From: Gordius albopunctatus
Taxonomy: Eukaryota
Direction: 5' to 3'
Assembly (NCBI GenBank): GCA_964276515.1
Contig: OZ193909.1
Span: forward strand, 16,616,001-16,680,000
Length of the DNA stretch: 64,000 nt
Both the position numbers and the translations under genes were made by a program. The first letter of the stretch is position 1. Each line of letters opens with the position of its first letter. Below are positions 13,003 through 26,355 of the stretch, one piece after another. The notes beneath the pieces are model-generated. The model was not told where the DNA came from. It was given only the letters and a program-made list of their open reading frames with translations, and made no database searches.

Positions 13003-14126
13003 TCAAAGTTGGAATAGTTGTTTGATTTGCTGCATTGTATCTTCTGGACTTACCACTGTATAACCTTCTGTAAGATGATGATTGTAGATCTCATGATCAT
13101 TTCCACCCTGAAAATATGTTGTAATTAAAGATGCAAATACAAGAATAAATTATAATAATTGTACTAACTTTCATGGTTTTGTCTCCGAAAAAGTAAATTT
13201 TATCATAGTCCTGGAAGTGTTGAAGACTATAAGATTTGTCCCAATTAGTAGGAAAAACATCAAAACTTATTTGTCCACCTTGTTATTTTAATAATGGTTA
13301 AGGATGATTATATAAATAATGTACCAATTGAAAATACTAGGCCCATATCAGGAAATTTATTTTTAAGATCTTCCACAAACTTAGCTCTAACATGGTGTAT
13401 CTAGATGTAAAAATATATTAATTTGAAAATAAAATTTGTCAAAATAATTTAGTGTATGAAAATGTTAAGTTAGCACAAATTTTCAAATTAAACCTTGTCA
13501 TATTTTTCAAATGCTTCTCGTTCTTCTTGAGAACAGTTTCTACCGGGTGGACATATATTAATAAGACCTTGCCTAAACTCTATAAATGTCCCCCTTTTAT
13601 TGATATTAGCAATTAGTAAAATTATGTTACCTTTTAAATGGAAGTTTTAGTTTTGACATATACTCCAACACATAGTTTATAAAAGTTTGAAGTTTATCGT
13701 CTCCTAATTCTTTTTGAATACTCTATTATTCTATGAGTCATACATATATAATTGTTCTTACATTGCAAAAAATTTGTTTTCCATTTTTATAAACCAAAAT
13801 TCCATTTTCTGGCATTACATAATCAAAATCTTCCAATACTAGTAATATAATTCATCTAAGTGATTACAAATATATTTACCTTTAAAGCCTCCAAGTTGCT
13901 CACATAATTTCTTCAAATCAGATCCACTCACAATTCCAATTTCATGCTTTTTCCTTAAATCTTTTAACAAAGTGTGCATGTCCATTTTAATAGTCTATTA
14001 GCATTAGGTTGTATTAAGATTGAATACTTGTCGCGGAATTGTCAATGTCCCATCCAAATCAAAAAGCACAATAGATTTTTTATTTTTTGAGTCCCCGTTG
14101 AAGTCATTTTTAATATTTGAATTCAT
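13003..14126 (-). CDS. PMM2: Phosphomannomutase (HAD-IIB); 8 exons; introns 13995-14027, 13839-13879, 13723-13761, 13594-13630, 13401-13493, 13279-13324, 13108-13168
   Basis: Spliced translation gives [71 protein letters not shown]; all introns GT-AG. Confidence 0.95.
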
Positions 14127-14280
14127 ATTTGATGATGCAAATCGAAAAGGGGGTGTGTCTGCCACCTATGCTTAAAATATTATGCCCGTGAGTAAACATA
14201 TGAGCGAAAGCGCTGTTGTGTTTACTTTCTATACTTTTAAAAATTCTTCCCAATTTAGCAAAAAATACGTAATTTTTATA

Positions 14281-14384
14281 CTTAGTATTCTATTAAAAAG
14301 TAATCAATTTTTTACTAAGTTTAATATATTGTTTTTTATGCTTAGAAATTCTATTAAAAAGTGATCAATTTTTTACTAAGTTAA
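14281..14384. repeat. Two-copy tandem repeat, period 60 bp
   Basis: CTTAG(T/A)A(A)TTCTATTAAAAAGT(A/G)ATCAATTTTTTACTAAGTT at 14281 and 14341. Confidence 0.7.
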
Positions 14385-14761
14385 TACATGGGCGTAGCCA
14401 AGAGCCAAGTGGAGAGGGGGAAGAAAGGGGTTGCTGCCCCCCCCCCTAAATCAAAAAATTTGTAAAAATTTATTAAAATTATGGCTAAGATATAAAAGAT
14501 TTTATTTTGCCCCTCCCTAAATCATTATTGCCCCCCTCAAATTCCATTGCTGGCTACGCCCATATTTTAATATATTATTTTACAAAGCAAAGTTTTTTCT
14601 ATTTAGCATTTTTTAAATGAAGTGTTTAAGCTTCTCTAGCAGTAAATTTATTAAATGTTAGAATATATTACTATACTTTTATAAAAGACTAGGCAGGCTA
14701 AATTGAATTAAGATGCTAAGTTTTCTATATAATTTGTTGTTTAGAATGCTTAGATTTTTTT

Positions 14762-17600
14762 CCCTATAGCTGTTTGTCGCACTTAGTGGCCAGCTTCTTC
14801 AAGCAGGTTCTCAATGTATTCCTGCACTTACACCAGCTTCGCTTTAGCACGAACCATCTCAAGTCCATATATATTTTATGTTTTCATATGAGTTTAGGTC
14901 TCACTCTCTTTCATTTACCTTCGACTTGCACTATCTTGATACGATTTACCAGGTGACTTTCCTCCCGTCTTTCCAAATGGCCATACCATTTCGATCTTCT
15001 TACCACCAACTTTCTCTGAATCGGAACTAATTCCCAAGATCCATCTTAACATTCGCATCTCCATTGTTGCCAAGCTTTGCTCTTCTTTTGCTTTAATTGC
15101 CAAAGTTTCCGCTCCCTACTATACCGTAATACAATAACTGTGTTATATAACCGTCCATTTAATTAGAATGGTATGTGTTTGTCACATAATACACCACTCA
15201 ACTCCCTGAATTAGCCAGCCTGCGTTTATTCTTGCCTTAATTTCGTTTTCCACGCCCCATCACATTGTACCAAAGAACCAAGATATTTTAATTCCTTCCT
15301 ACTGCGTAAACACCAGTCATCGATTTGCAGGTGTGTTTCTTGTATTCATTATCCGACTCTAACCATACATATTCAGTTTTATCTCGGTTTACCCTAAGGC
15401 TTTTGCTTTCAATTCGCTCTATATACACTTTTACCTGCTCTGCTAACTCATTTGAGTCTGCCCATAGCACTATATCATCCGCAAAGAGCATTGCACAAGG
15501 GGATTCGCGTTTTAGGTCCTTAGTTATCGAGTCCATTATTGTTATGAAAAGCAATGGATTTAGTGGCGATTCTTGATGCACACCGACATTTAGACTGAAT
15601 CACTTTGCTGTACCGATGGATGTCCAAACTTTGGTTTTGCGTTTCTATACATATCCTTTATTAAGATTATATAAGCGTCGGGTACACCATTGGAACTCAG
15701 GCTATCTCATATCAACATCAACTGCCTTGCCACTATATCGAAAGCTTTCTCAAGATCGATGGAACACATATGAAGATCCTTTTGTTTGTCTTTATATAAT
15801 TCCATAAGTCTCCTAAGACCATGTATTGTATCTGAAGTTGACTTTCGAGGTATGAACACAAATTGTCTTTGATCAATTGATGTTATTTTTCGAAATCTAG
15901 CTTCTATAACCTTTTCCCATACCTTCATTACGTAACTCGTTAACTTTACCCCCCGATAGCTATTGCATTCTTGTACATCTACCTTCATTTTATATGGTAT
16001 AACATAGCTTTCCCTCCATTCATCAGGCATCATACCACTTGCAAATATTTTGTTGAACAGCTTTGCAAGTAAATGTACACCTAACACCTAAGGGCCCTAG
16101 CATTTTGAAACCTTCCATAGGTATATTCCCACCGCTCTACCCATGGTCATTTTTGGTCAACCTCTTCTTCTGTCACTTTTAACTATGAATAATATTCATA
16201 GTTCTTGCTTTTGCAGTGGTCCGAAAATCCATTTTCACTGTTTAATAATTCCTTATAGTATTCTTACCAACCATCTATGATTTGATGGTCCAGAGTTAGT
16301 GTGATGCTCTCCTTGCTCTTTAAGTTTTTAGGTTTACAATATTTTTCAGCTCCTTCCCCTGGTCTTTGCGATTTTGTAGATCCTTCTTTCCCCTTCTCTA
16401 CTAGTTAACTTGGCGCTTAAATTTTTGTAGACCTCTGTTGCCTTGGCTAGGCAAAATTTTGCCTCATTTTTAGCTTTCACATATGCCTATCTTGTTTCTT
16501 CATTTCTGCTGCCTGAACATAATTTTTATAGCTTTTTTTCAACTTGACTAGGCGTTGCACGTCATCGTTTCACCACCATGTCTCCTTATTTTTTGTATAC
16601 CTGGTTTACATTCTCCTAGAACACATCTCGCTACTGATCGTACCATGTTAGCTATGTTATTTCACATATCGTTAGCACTCTGCTGATCATCTATTTTCAG
16701 GCGTTAAATTATTTGATCATTGTAAATATCTTTTAATTTTGGTAGCCGGAACCATTTGATTTTCCCATTTAATCTCTTCGGCTTTTGTGTTTTCGCCTTG
16801 GATATGGTATAGTCCATCAAAATAAGTATAAGCTGGGATGCAATAGCCTCACCTGATATAACCTTACAATTGCGTACATTCTTTAATTCTTTTCTTGATA
16901 TTAGGAGAAAGTCAATCTGCGAAGACCGATTCCCACTTTTGTACGTTATAAAAGGTGATTTACATTCTTTTTGAAGAAGGTATTTGTGATGGCCAAATCA
17001 AATGCCACTGTTATATTTAATATATCGTCGCCTTCATCGTTTCTCGCTCCATATCCATTTCAACTATGGTATCGTTCAAATCCTTCTCTTGTTTTGCCTC
17101 CGTGACCATTCATATCGACTCAATTATAACTCTTGGCTCTGGGTATTATGCGCAGCGTTTCGTCTAATTCTTCCCGAAAGTCCTCCTTTTCTTCATCTGC
17201 ATCCTGTTTGCGGAGCATAACCAGACGCTACATTAATCATTTGACCTTCTATGCAAAGTTTTAACATAATGAGTCGCCCACTTTTTCTTCGTACCTCAAT
17301 GATTTAATCTTGCAGATGTGAGGATTGTATGATTACCACGCCATTATTATTCGTTTCTAGGCCGTTGAAGTAAAGTTTATAGCGATCACCTATCATCTTT
17401 GCTTTTGCGCCTTTCCACTTGTTTTTTGTACCCATGCTATATTCGCTTGCTGAGGGTTTCAGCAACTTCTCGGCATTTTTCAGTCATCGCCTACATCCGT
17501 TTGCGGAAGATGTAGTGACCCTTGTCTTCACATGATACGGGCGCCTCACTTGGATCAGGGGTGACGCTCGGCTATCCAAGCCTGACAGTCGTTTTGACGA
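14762..17600 (-). mobile_element. Decayed near-full-length RTE LINE (family RTE-B)
   Basis: APE fragments (YAPQTGC, SQIDFLL), RT fragments (YRGVKL, DLEKAFD, MLFADD, EMRMLRW); many stops and frameshifts; ends approximate. Confidence 0.88.
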
Positions 17601-17774
17601 TGTGAGATAATGTTAATCTTTGAAATAAGTGCCGAAGGCGGTATTGAACATGTAAGCTCTTGCTTCAAAGCCTAAACATATATGAATTATGCCATATGAT
17701 TAAAAGGGACAATAAACAAAAAACAGTATTAGTATACATGAAGATGAACGTTACAAGCATGCCATAGCTAGATG

Positions 17775-19255
17775 CAGAGTTGTTAAACGCACTTCAAAAA
17801 CCGGTGCCGCACTCGCACTCGCACATTGAGGAAAATCCGGTGCGCGCACTAGCACTCGCACTAGTATTAAAGGTGCGCGCACTCGCACCCGCACATAAAA
17901 TTTGATTACACTATAACAAAATCTCTATAAATTTTTTATTTACTTAATCTATATATATAAAAATAAGTAACAAGATTACCTTTAGATGCCTAGTCAAATT
18001 GAAACAAGATCTAGAAGAAGTCTTGAGTTTGGCATTGCATAAAAGACATTTCACCTCAAAATTAAGTGTATTATGCTGATTATCTTTAAGTTTAAACATA
18101 TTAGCATATTTTGGAAATCAAAAAAATTTTCATGCACGATGTGCTTGCTACATTTATGCTTGATTCTTCTATATTCATAACTCACTATCATATTAAAGTG
18201 TTATATATAAGCAATGAGAAAAGAAAAGAGTAAAAAATTGGATAAGGAGTACTATGACAACCAATATAATAATACAAAATAATAATTAAAATCAATTAAC
18301 TAATTTAATATATTTTAATGAAAATTAATTGTAATTTGATCATTATATGTGATTAAACTTTTCGGCTAGTTTATTAGTTAGGATAAAGTATAATTACTTT
18401 ATTGTATAATATAAATTAAATCGTTGGAAGAAAAGTAAGTGAGTAAAAAGAGTTTTTAAACTCCTTTTATATACTCGTGAATTAATTGAATAAATCAATC
18501 AAGTTTAGTGGTGTCTATAAATAAATCAATTACGCGAGGTATAAATCAATCAATTTAGTGGTGTCTCCGCCAGGTATGCTTGATTGGTCAATTAACGTCG
18601 TGAAGTAGTAAGGTAATGTAAATGAGACAATTAAGTTAATTGACGCAACACCTCCGCGAGGTATAGGACGCAACACCACAAACTTACGATAGTAAAGATA
18701 GGTCTAAAAGTGTTTGAAATATTAAAATAGTAACGGGAGATGACAATATTCCAAAATCATCATTATTTGAATATTCTATTGTAATTCTTTAATCAAATTA
18801 CCTGTCTGTGTTTTTAAACTTCTAATCTTATTAAACTTCAACTCCAATAGTTTTAGTGTTTTTTTATAGTTTATTTATTAAGCGATGAGTTCAAAAGTGT
18901 AAAGATTAATCGTTGATTGATAAAGTAAATACGTGAATAATGTGAAATATCGCGGTTAGATTATTTTTATTGTCTATCCATAGTAACCAATTTCCTGCCT
19001 TGTTATCTTCTTCATCGGGTACATAGATGTATGTTATATATAGTAAATCAGTAGAAATTTAATTTGTGAAATATGCGATATAATACAATTTCGAATAAAT
19101 TAATAAATTGTAAAACTCTTAATGTGCGCAAAACAGGAGCGCAATTGCGCACCCGCACCGACTTAATCAGATGAGCGCACCCGCACTCGCTCTTGGTTAT
19201 AAAAAAGTGCGCGCATCAGCACGTCGCACCGCAAATCCGGTGCGGAAATTTTAAA
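17775..19255. mobile_element. Probable non-autonomous hAT-like element with GCACTC/GCACCC subterminal repeats
   Basis: CAGAGTTGTTAAA start like the 12038 TIR; CGCAC arrays at both ends; right end unclear. Confidence 0.45.
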
Positions 19256-19622
19256 GCCGAGATTCTGATAATAAGATCTCATATGTCGTCTCGAGGTTAA
19301 AGTTCTTGTCTCGATATGGCTCAATTTTTTATAGACTTGTCTCATCTTATCTTTTGACACGAGATCAAGGTTTTTATTGTATTTTGTACATCACTAGTGA
19401 TGGTAAACAGAGAGGCAAGAAGATTTCGTTATTGTATGACAATGACTCATAAATATACTTCATAGGTAAGAATATTCAAGATTTTAACAAATTTAATTAT
19501 TTTTTAGTACGTTTATATAAATAAATATTATCAAGCATTATCAAGGTAATTGACGATAATAGAACTTTATTGTAAATCTTTACCGTCGTTAAACTGTAAA
19601 ATTTTAGATGGCTTCAATAATT

Positions 19623-19800
19623 AAACTAGGGGGTTTTATTAATGGTTTCGTGGGATTGTTGAAATAAGGTATTAATAATAGTCACAAGCAAATACCCGTT
19701 AACTTTTTCCCCTTGATAATAGCCATAAGCCGACCAAAATATAGGAGCCTCCTTCCTTCCACCTTTTTATCAATCCCACATTATTAAAACCCCTTAGTTT
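19623..19800. mobile_element. Small TIR MITE
   Basis: AAACTAGGGGGTTTTATTAAT…GTGGGATTG versus CAATCCCAC…ATTATTAAAACCCCTTAGTTT. Confidence 0.6.
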
Positions 19801-20131
19801 ATATAATGGATTGATTATTTCTGAGTAACTTCAATACGACTTTATAAAAATTTATATAAATTGTGTATATATAATTAGTCAGGGCTTTCTAGCCAATCTT
19901 GGCACTTTACAAGATATTTTTTAACTATTAGTTGAAAATGTCTATTTTTTAAATTCAAATATAATTTTAAAATATTTATTGCTCAATTTGTGGTGAGTCA
20001 ACCAATAAGATTACTACGCATAAATTGTAGGCGGCATCTTTTACGATTTAGTACACGTGTTAAATTTACTATAATGTTTTTATAAATTAAATATTACTCA
20101 TCAATTCAAAAAAATTCTTGACATATCATCA

Positions 20132-20756
20132 ATGGGCTCACCTCAACTAAACATTCACAATAAAGGTATACTTATTAATTAGCTTTTTGTAATATAATTT
20201 TATAGATTATATGTGTCGACCTCAAACTTTGTCTTACACCAAATCAAATACCACACATTTTAATGAACAGGACAATTTGTGTTCACTATTTGCCCAAAAA
20301 TGTTCGACTCAACATCATTTGGAGGAATGTTATCCATCTATTTCCTCCAACGTTCTATCCAATTACTCTGGTTTATATGACAATGAAAAGTCTTGGCATT
20401 CCAATGATGCTGTTGAATCATCATTTTCATCCACCTTTTCAAATTCTGTCCTGAGGGATTTGTGTGGTGCTCAAAGCTGTGCTAAAGATAATGAGTCAGA
20501 ATTATTGACATCTAATCTAGTTACTGACTCTTGTATTCAAATCCCTCCTTTGGAAAAAATGGAAAGTCCTCCTCAATATGATAATTATTCAGATATTCTT
20601 AAACCCAGTAAAGCCATATACTATGATATCCAAATAGATTCCAACTCTTCTCCAACCCCTGCAAATCGAGCGCTTTCCCCATATCTTTATGTATTTTTCC
20701 ACGTCAGGAAAATTCCAAAAATTCTAAGCACCTTTTCAATTTATGAAATCTGTTAA
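20132..20756 (+). CDS. Ser-rich protein of unknown function; exons 20132-20165 and 20206-20756 (3' end may be spliced differently)
   Basis: 181-codon ORF in very AT-rich DNA; an upstream ATG exon joins in frame through a 40-nt GT-AG intron. Confidence 0.45.
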
Positions 20757-21107
20757 ATCTCATTTTTTCACATTTTTATGCTGGAACTTAGTGTTTGTTA
20801 TATATAAAATAAGGTTGTTAATAAAACTTTTGTTGTATTGTAAAATAATGAAACTTTAAACTAAAATCCAAATTTTGTGGTAACCTTTTTACCTTTGAAT
20901 AATTACAGTGTTAATTAGTATATGTTCTCTATATATAATACAAACCTTTTATGTGCTTAATGGATGTGATAATTAATCCACATTTAGTTAAAAAAACTAG
21001 TGGTATATCAAATTTATGTTTTTCCTACATTTAGCAAAAGAGACAAAATTTTATTAGTTGACCTAGTTTTGTTATTGCCATTGATTAAAGGGTATGTTGT
21101 TGTTTGA

Positions 21108-21360
21108 CATGGGCGTAGCCAGCTTTCGGATCAGGGGGGGGGGCAAGCAAAAAAAATCGCCGAGACTAAGTGAGAGCAAAAAAAAAAAATGTCGCCGAGA
21201 CCTTTTTTGGGTATAAAATTATTTTCAACATAAAACTTAATTTCAATCAGGGGGGGGCCAAACACTAATTTTTTCCAATTTTTACATAAATTTACATTAA
21301 AAAATAGAAAAATTCTCATTCAGGGGGGGGGGGCGGCCGCCCCCCCTGCCTACGCCCATG
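21108..21360. mobile_element. G-run hAT MITE
   Basis: CATGGGCGTAGCC…CCTACGCCCATG; TSD TTGTTTGA/TTGCTTGA. Confidence 0.85.
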
Positions 21361-21810
21361 TTGCTTGATCAAGACTGTCAATAAACAGAATAAATTGGGT
21401 CATGTTATGTATTACATACCTCCCCCAAACCTTTATTATTTGATAAAGTAAGCTTTTATAAAACATAAATTTATACGTTAATAGGCATAGCCAGGAATCA
21501 AACTACAGGGGGACAATAATGCTTTAGGGAGGGATAAATGAGTATTTTTTGTAATTTAACTAAATTTTTGGTTTTATAGGGGGGCAACCGCCCCTCTCTG
21601 CCACCCCCTGGCTAGATCCATGTGTAAATTGTTGAGTGTTTTTTTTGGTTTTAAAAAATAATTAGGGTAGGTCTATGGGCACAGGCTAGGGGGGGCAAAA
21701 ACTCTGTTAAAATTATGTCTAAAAATTTAAAAACTCATCATTTTGCCCCTTCTGAAATCATGATTGCTTCCCTGTGCAATTCCAATGTTGGCTACACCAA
21801 TGGGTAGGTC

Positions 21811-21948
21811 AAGTTTAAATTTATGTTTAATAACCCTCTATTTGTTTATAATTCTAAGTGGACAAAAAGAGTTTAGATAAAGTTTAAATTTATTTCTAAC
21901 AACCCTCTATTTGTTTATAATTCTAAGTGGACAAAAAGAGTTTAGATC
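21811..21948. repeat. Two-copy tandem repeat, period about 69 bp
   Basis: AACCCTCTATTTGTTTATAATTCTAAGTGGACAAAAAGAGTTTAGAT twice. Confidence 0.85.
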
Positions 21949-24491
21949 AGAGGGGCAGCTGCCTAAAAATATATTCCTTGTTTATCGTCATCCTTAAATT
22001 CACATTTTCATAAATGTGCAATGTAGTACATTTTATCCCAATTTTAAGGAAAATCAATTAAATTTTAAGTTACTCCTAAACTTAATAAGATTTATCGTAA
22101 CTCGTCATTCGGCATGAGAGGAATGCGATGACGTCATACCTGTCTCGCTCGAATTGAGAAAATTAAGGATCAGGTCATATTAATCCTTTCCTAAGGTGTA
22201 TACTAATAAAGTTTTATTATTAACAAATTAAATAATTATCTAAAAGTTCAGAGATTAATTTTAAGAACTTAGGCGAGATCTAAAGTTTTTGCTTAACTTT
22301 TATAGTCATAAATTATTATTTTATTTATTTTACATATTTAAAAATATTTTCCAAAGTTGCCTTTACGCTCTAACTCATTTTCAACATATAAACATAAAAT
22401 GGACAAAAAATTAAAAATCAAACTTTGTACGCATGTGTTGTTCATTGATTTAATGGCTATATATTATGAATGACCTCAAAATTCTCCCCATTTTATAGGG
22501 TCCTGGGGTCTCAGGGACCCCACTTAACCAAATGCGTGAACATATAATAAATATTAAGCTTGGATTGTCAATGACAATATCTTGGTGTGAATCAGGTGAA
22601 ACTAATATATTATACTTTGTAAAAAACGTCTTAAATGACTTGACTACTCCTCTAACTTTAGCGCTCAAAAATGAAAGTGACAAAAAAAAGTGATTTATCG
22701 ACTTTAACAAAATGCACACGAACCTACCTGTTTGATTGAAATTTTCTACCAAATTTCTCTGTCAATCGGGGTTGGATATGCTCCAAGCTAATTAACAAAT
22801 TATTAATTTTAGCTTACTACTCTCTACAATTTAATTACAATTACCTTTCAAAACATCCCCCCTTTATATTGCACTAATGTTTTAAGATAGAACTATTTTG
22901 TCAAGACTAGCAGAAATTTAGGAATTCAAAAATTGATATTTTTTTATCTTCCTTATGACTATAACCTGTTTATGTTATATATAATATTAATTTTCAAACT
23001 TAGTAAAGCATATTAGCGTAGTTTTATACGTAAATTGTCTTGTTGATTACGTATTAATCGATATAATATTAACTTTATTAGAATTCGTAAAATACTATTA
23101 TTTTTATACTTTAAATATATCTACTTAGATAAGGCAAAGTTGAAAGTAATTACAAACATGGGCGTAACCACATTTTGAATTAGAGGGGGGGAGGGAGGGG
23201 CAATAATTATTTAATTTCAAAGAATTTTTGGATTTAGAAAATGGCACACGCCCCTCCCTGCCGCCTCACCCGAGCAACGTTCTTGATGAGTTAAAAATTG
23301 TTTATTTTAATAACACGGAAATCTCAGTGACTATATAAAATAGAATTTCCGAAATATATCAAAATTAATTTATTTTTAATAATAAAAACTTGCCATTAAG
23401 CCATAATAATTAATTGTTTGTTTAAGGATATATAAGCTTTAGGTAATAAACAGATTATAAATTAAGTAAAAAATGCAACTAGCAGTTTTTCCCAGCTTCC
23501 TTCTATTATAAATATTCAAAACCTTCAATATCTAATACTAGTGTCTAAAATGCGATTTTTTTTTAAATTTTATAATTAAATTCTAATTACAAAAAACGAA
23601 AAAGTGTTTAATTTAACCACAATCCATGTTAAAGTTCTAGTTTAGAGAAAGAGGCTTATATCTGTCAACGCGCAAGCTGTAATTAAATTTTCCACCGTTT
23701 TTAGATGGTCCTTGATTTTATGCGGTGCCATTAATATGTCCTTCTTTTGTTGGACAAATTAAAAGGGAGGACATTTCTTAACTCGGCGACAAAATTTAAT
23801 CTTTATTTGGTTCAATGCAATTAAGGAAAAATTTGACATTTTTGAGAAAAAAAAGCGTTATTATAATTTTACGGTAGACAATTTTATTTTTATCAAGGTA
23901 AAAATACATATTTTGTGAAGATAATTTAAACAAATAAAAAAAACTGTAAGTATTATAAATATATGAAAAACATTCCAATATTGATATTGAAGTTTATTTT
24001 TAAATAGTAATGCCGATTTCCTATCTTCGAATTCGGGATTAGATATGGATTAATAAAGAAACTTGTTTCACCCTTTTAAAAAATTTTAAAGGCAGGGCCA
24101 AAGGTTGTGAGAGTGGTTGACGCAATGGGGCTTTTGTCAAAGTTAATATATTGACTTTGAGCCATCCATGTAAACATTATTAGAGGGGGGGGCAATAATG
24201 ATTTATGGAGGGGCAAAACGATCATTTTTTGAAATTTTAGCGATAATTTTAATAAATTTCAACAAATTTTTGGATTCAGAGGGGGACACCCACCCCTCCT
24301 TGCGACTACGCCAATGTATTTATGTTAAATCCTATATAGATCAGTGTTACTATAAAGCTTCATAAAATGTTAAAATAATAATTAATATCTATTATATAAA
24401 AAGTTGTTTTTCTAAGGGGAATATTTTATTGAGTTGCTAGATATAATGAAAGTTTTGAAGTTCGGCGAAGGACACCAACAATAAGCTTAGA

Positions 24492-24623
24492 CATGTGCGT
24501 AGCCAGAGGGGGGGGGGGCAGGGGGAGGCGGCTGCCCCGGCTAAAATTTCAAAAAATGATCATTTTGCCCCTCTCTAAATCATTATTGCCCCCCCTCTAA
24601 TTCCATCTCTGACTACGCCCGTG
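24492..24623. mobile_element. G-run hAT MITE
   Basis: CATGTGCGTAGCCAG…CTGACTACGCCCGTG; TSD AGCTTAGA. Confidence 0.88.
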
Positions 24624-26355
24624 AGCTTAGATGAAGATTTTCTCTAATTTTTAGCACCCTATATCTATTTTATTAAAAAGCCTATAACAATTAAATATAA
24701 TCAACATTTTGTAACATTACCCACGTGATGATACCTTTAATAATTAATTTGAATAAAAGTGTATTAAAATAAAAAAATAAATAGATTTTAAGCGTTTCAA
24801 ATTTATTTGTAAGGCGTTTAATAAGTTTTAAAAGTTTTCCTTCTGGTTATATTTTATCGACCTTATTCATTTCATTATATATTATTGTCAATCTTTATTA
24901 CACTCATTTACGCTTGGAAGAGAAACTATTAGGTCCCACATCTAATTTTTCGCTTTTCATGTAATTAAATTATATTTATATTTGCTCTAACGAACCATTA
25001 TTTAGATGACAAGGGAAAAATTGTTGAAAAGACCATGTACCTAAATGTTTTTCTTTGAAATAATGATTATCTTATCAATATAAATGTTTAGCCTTCTTTA
25101 TAAATTTGCGGTTTTCAAAATATTTTTATATAAAAATTTGTAAATAATAAAATTTCTTATAATTAAATATAATAAATAGCCTATAAATGCATTAGCCTGG
25201 ATTTGAATCAGAAGGGGGGGGGGGCAATAATGATAATTTCTTGAAATTTTAGCCATAATTGTGTCAAATTTTAATTTTGGATATAGAGAGGGGGGGTAGC
25301 CGCCTCCCCATAAATATTAATATACATTAAATTAAATAAAGGATAAAACCCACTATTATTCAGCTCTTCTCATATTAATTTATCGAAAAATTGGTAAAAA
25401 TCCTTTATTTGGGCATCAAACCTTATTAAGAGCTCGCCTTTCCAAAGGCACGGTAAAAATGAGAGAAATGGGGATTTAGACTATTGACCTAAAAGCGATG
25501 GTGAATATACATCTCGACAATTCAGATCTATCTCGGACCTACGATTAGATATATTAATCAATCTCTAAACTGACCACCACCCTGCCCCCTTTCATATGAT
25601 GGGCGTGGCCAAGATTGGAACTAGGGGGGGGGCAATAACCATTTAGGAAAGGGCATAAGCATAACCACAATTTTTGGAAATTTTAGCCATACTTATATCA
25701 AATTTAAAGAATTTTTGGATTTAGAGGGGGGGGGGCAGCCGCCCCTCCTTGCCTCCCCCTGGCTACGTCCTGAAAATCATTTGTCTTTTCCCTGGTATAA
25801 TTGCCTTTGTTCCATCCTATGATTTATGCCTTTTAGCTCGTTGGTGTGGTAATTGATTGAAACAAATGTCCGAACGGGATCATAGCACTAATATACCTAG
25901 AGGGATGATCGAGCCATAACTGATAAATACTAATACTTTCGTTGAATATATTAAGAGCAGGGAACACAGTCATTCATATGCACATTGAGTAGGTGGCCTT
26001 TGATCCAAAAAATGACAAAATCCTCAAAGATTGTAATGGGGGAGGGGGCTGGGTGTTGTATGTATTTATATATATTTTATCATTGATGATTATCCTTTAT
26101 ATTATGATATGACTAAGATTTTATAATATTTTTTATCTGATATATAGATTAAATGTGCTTCTTTCTCCAATTTTCAATCGTATGTTGGCTTGGCTGCTCG
26201 GTGTGTTTTTTATGAATATTTATAGCCCACGATGTGCGATTTCGCCAATAAACTTGTCCATATTTATCAATCCTTTTTGAAAAATAAAGCAGAAAAACGT
26301 TATTTTTGCTTTCGGAATTTAATATTAATTTTGTTTTTTTTGGAATAAACATAAT

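Noticed and set aside
22128..22135. TGACGTCA cAMP-response element as NMDAR promoter
   Set aside because: Single 8-mer more than 4 kb upstream with no supporting evidence
22450..22860. 100-aa minus-strand ORF with nearby splice-like signals
   Set aside because: Could not build a consistent gene model or recognise any motif
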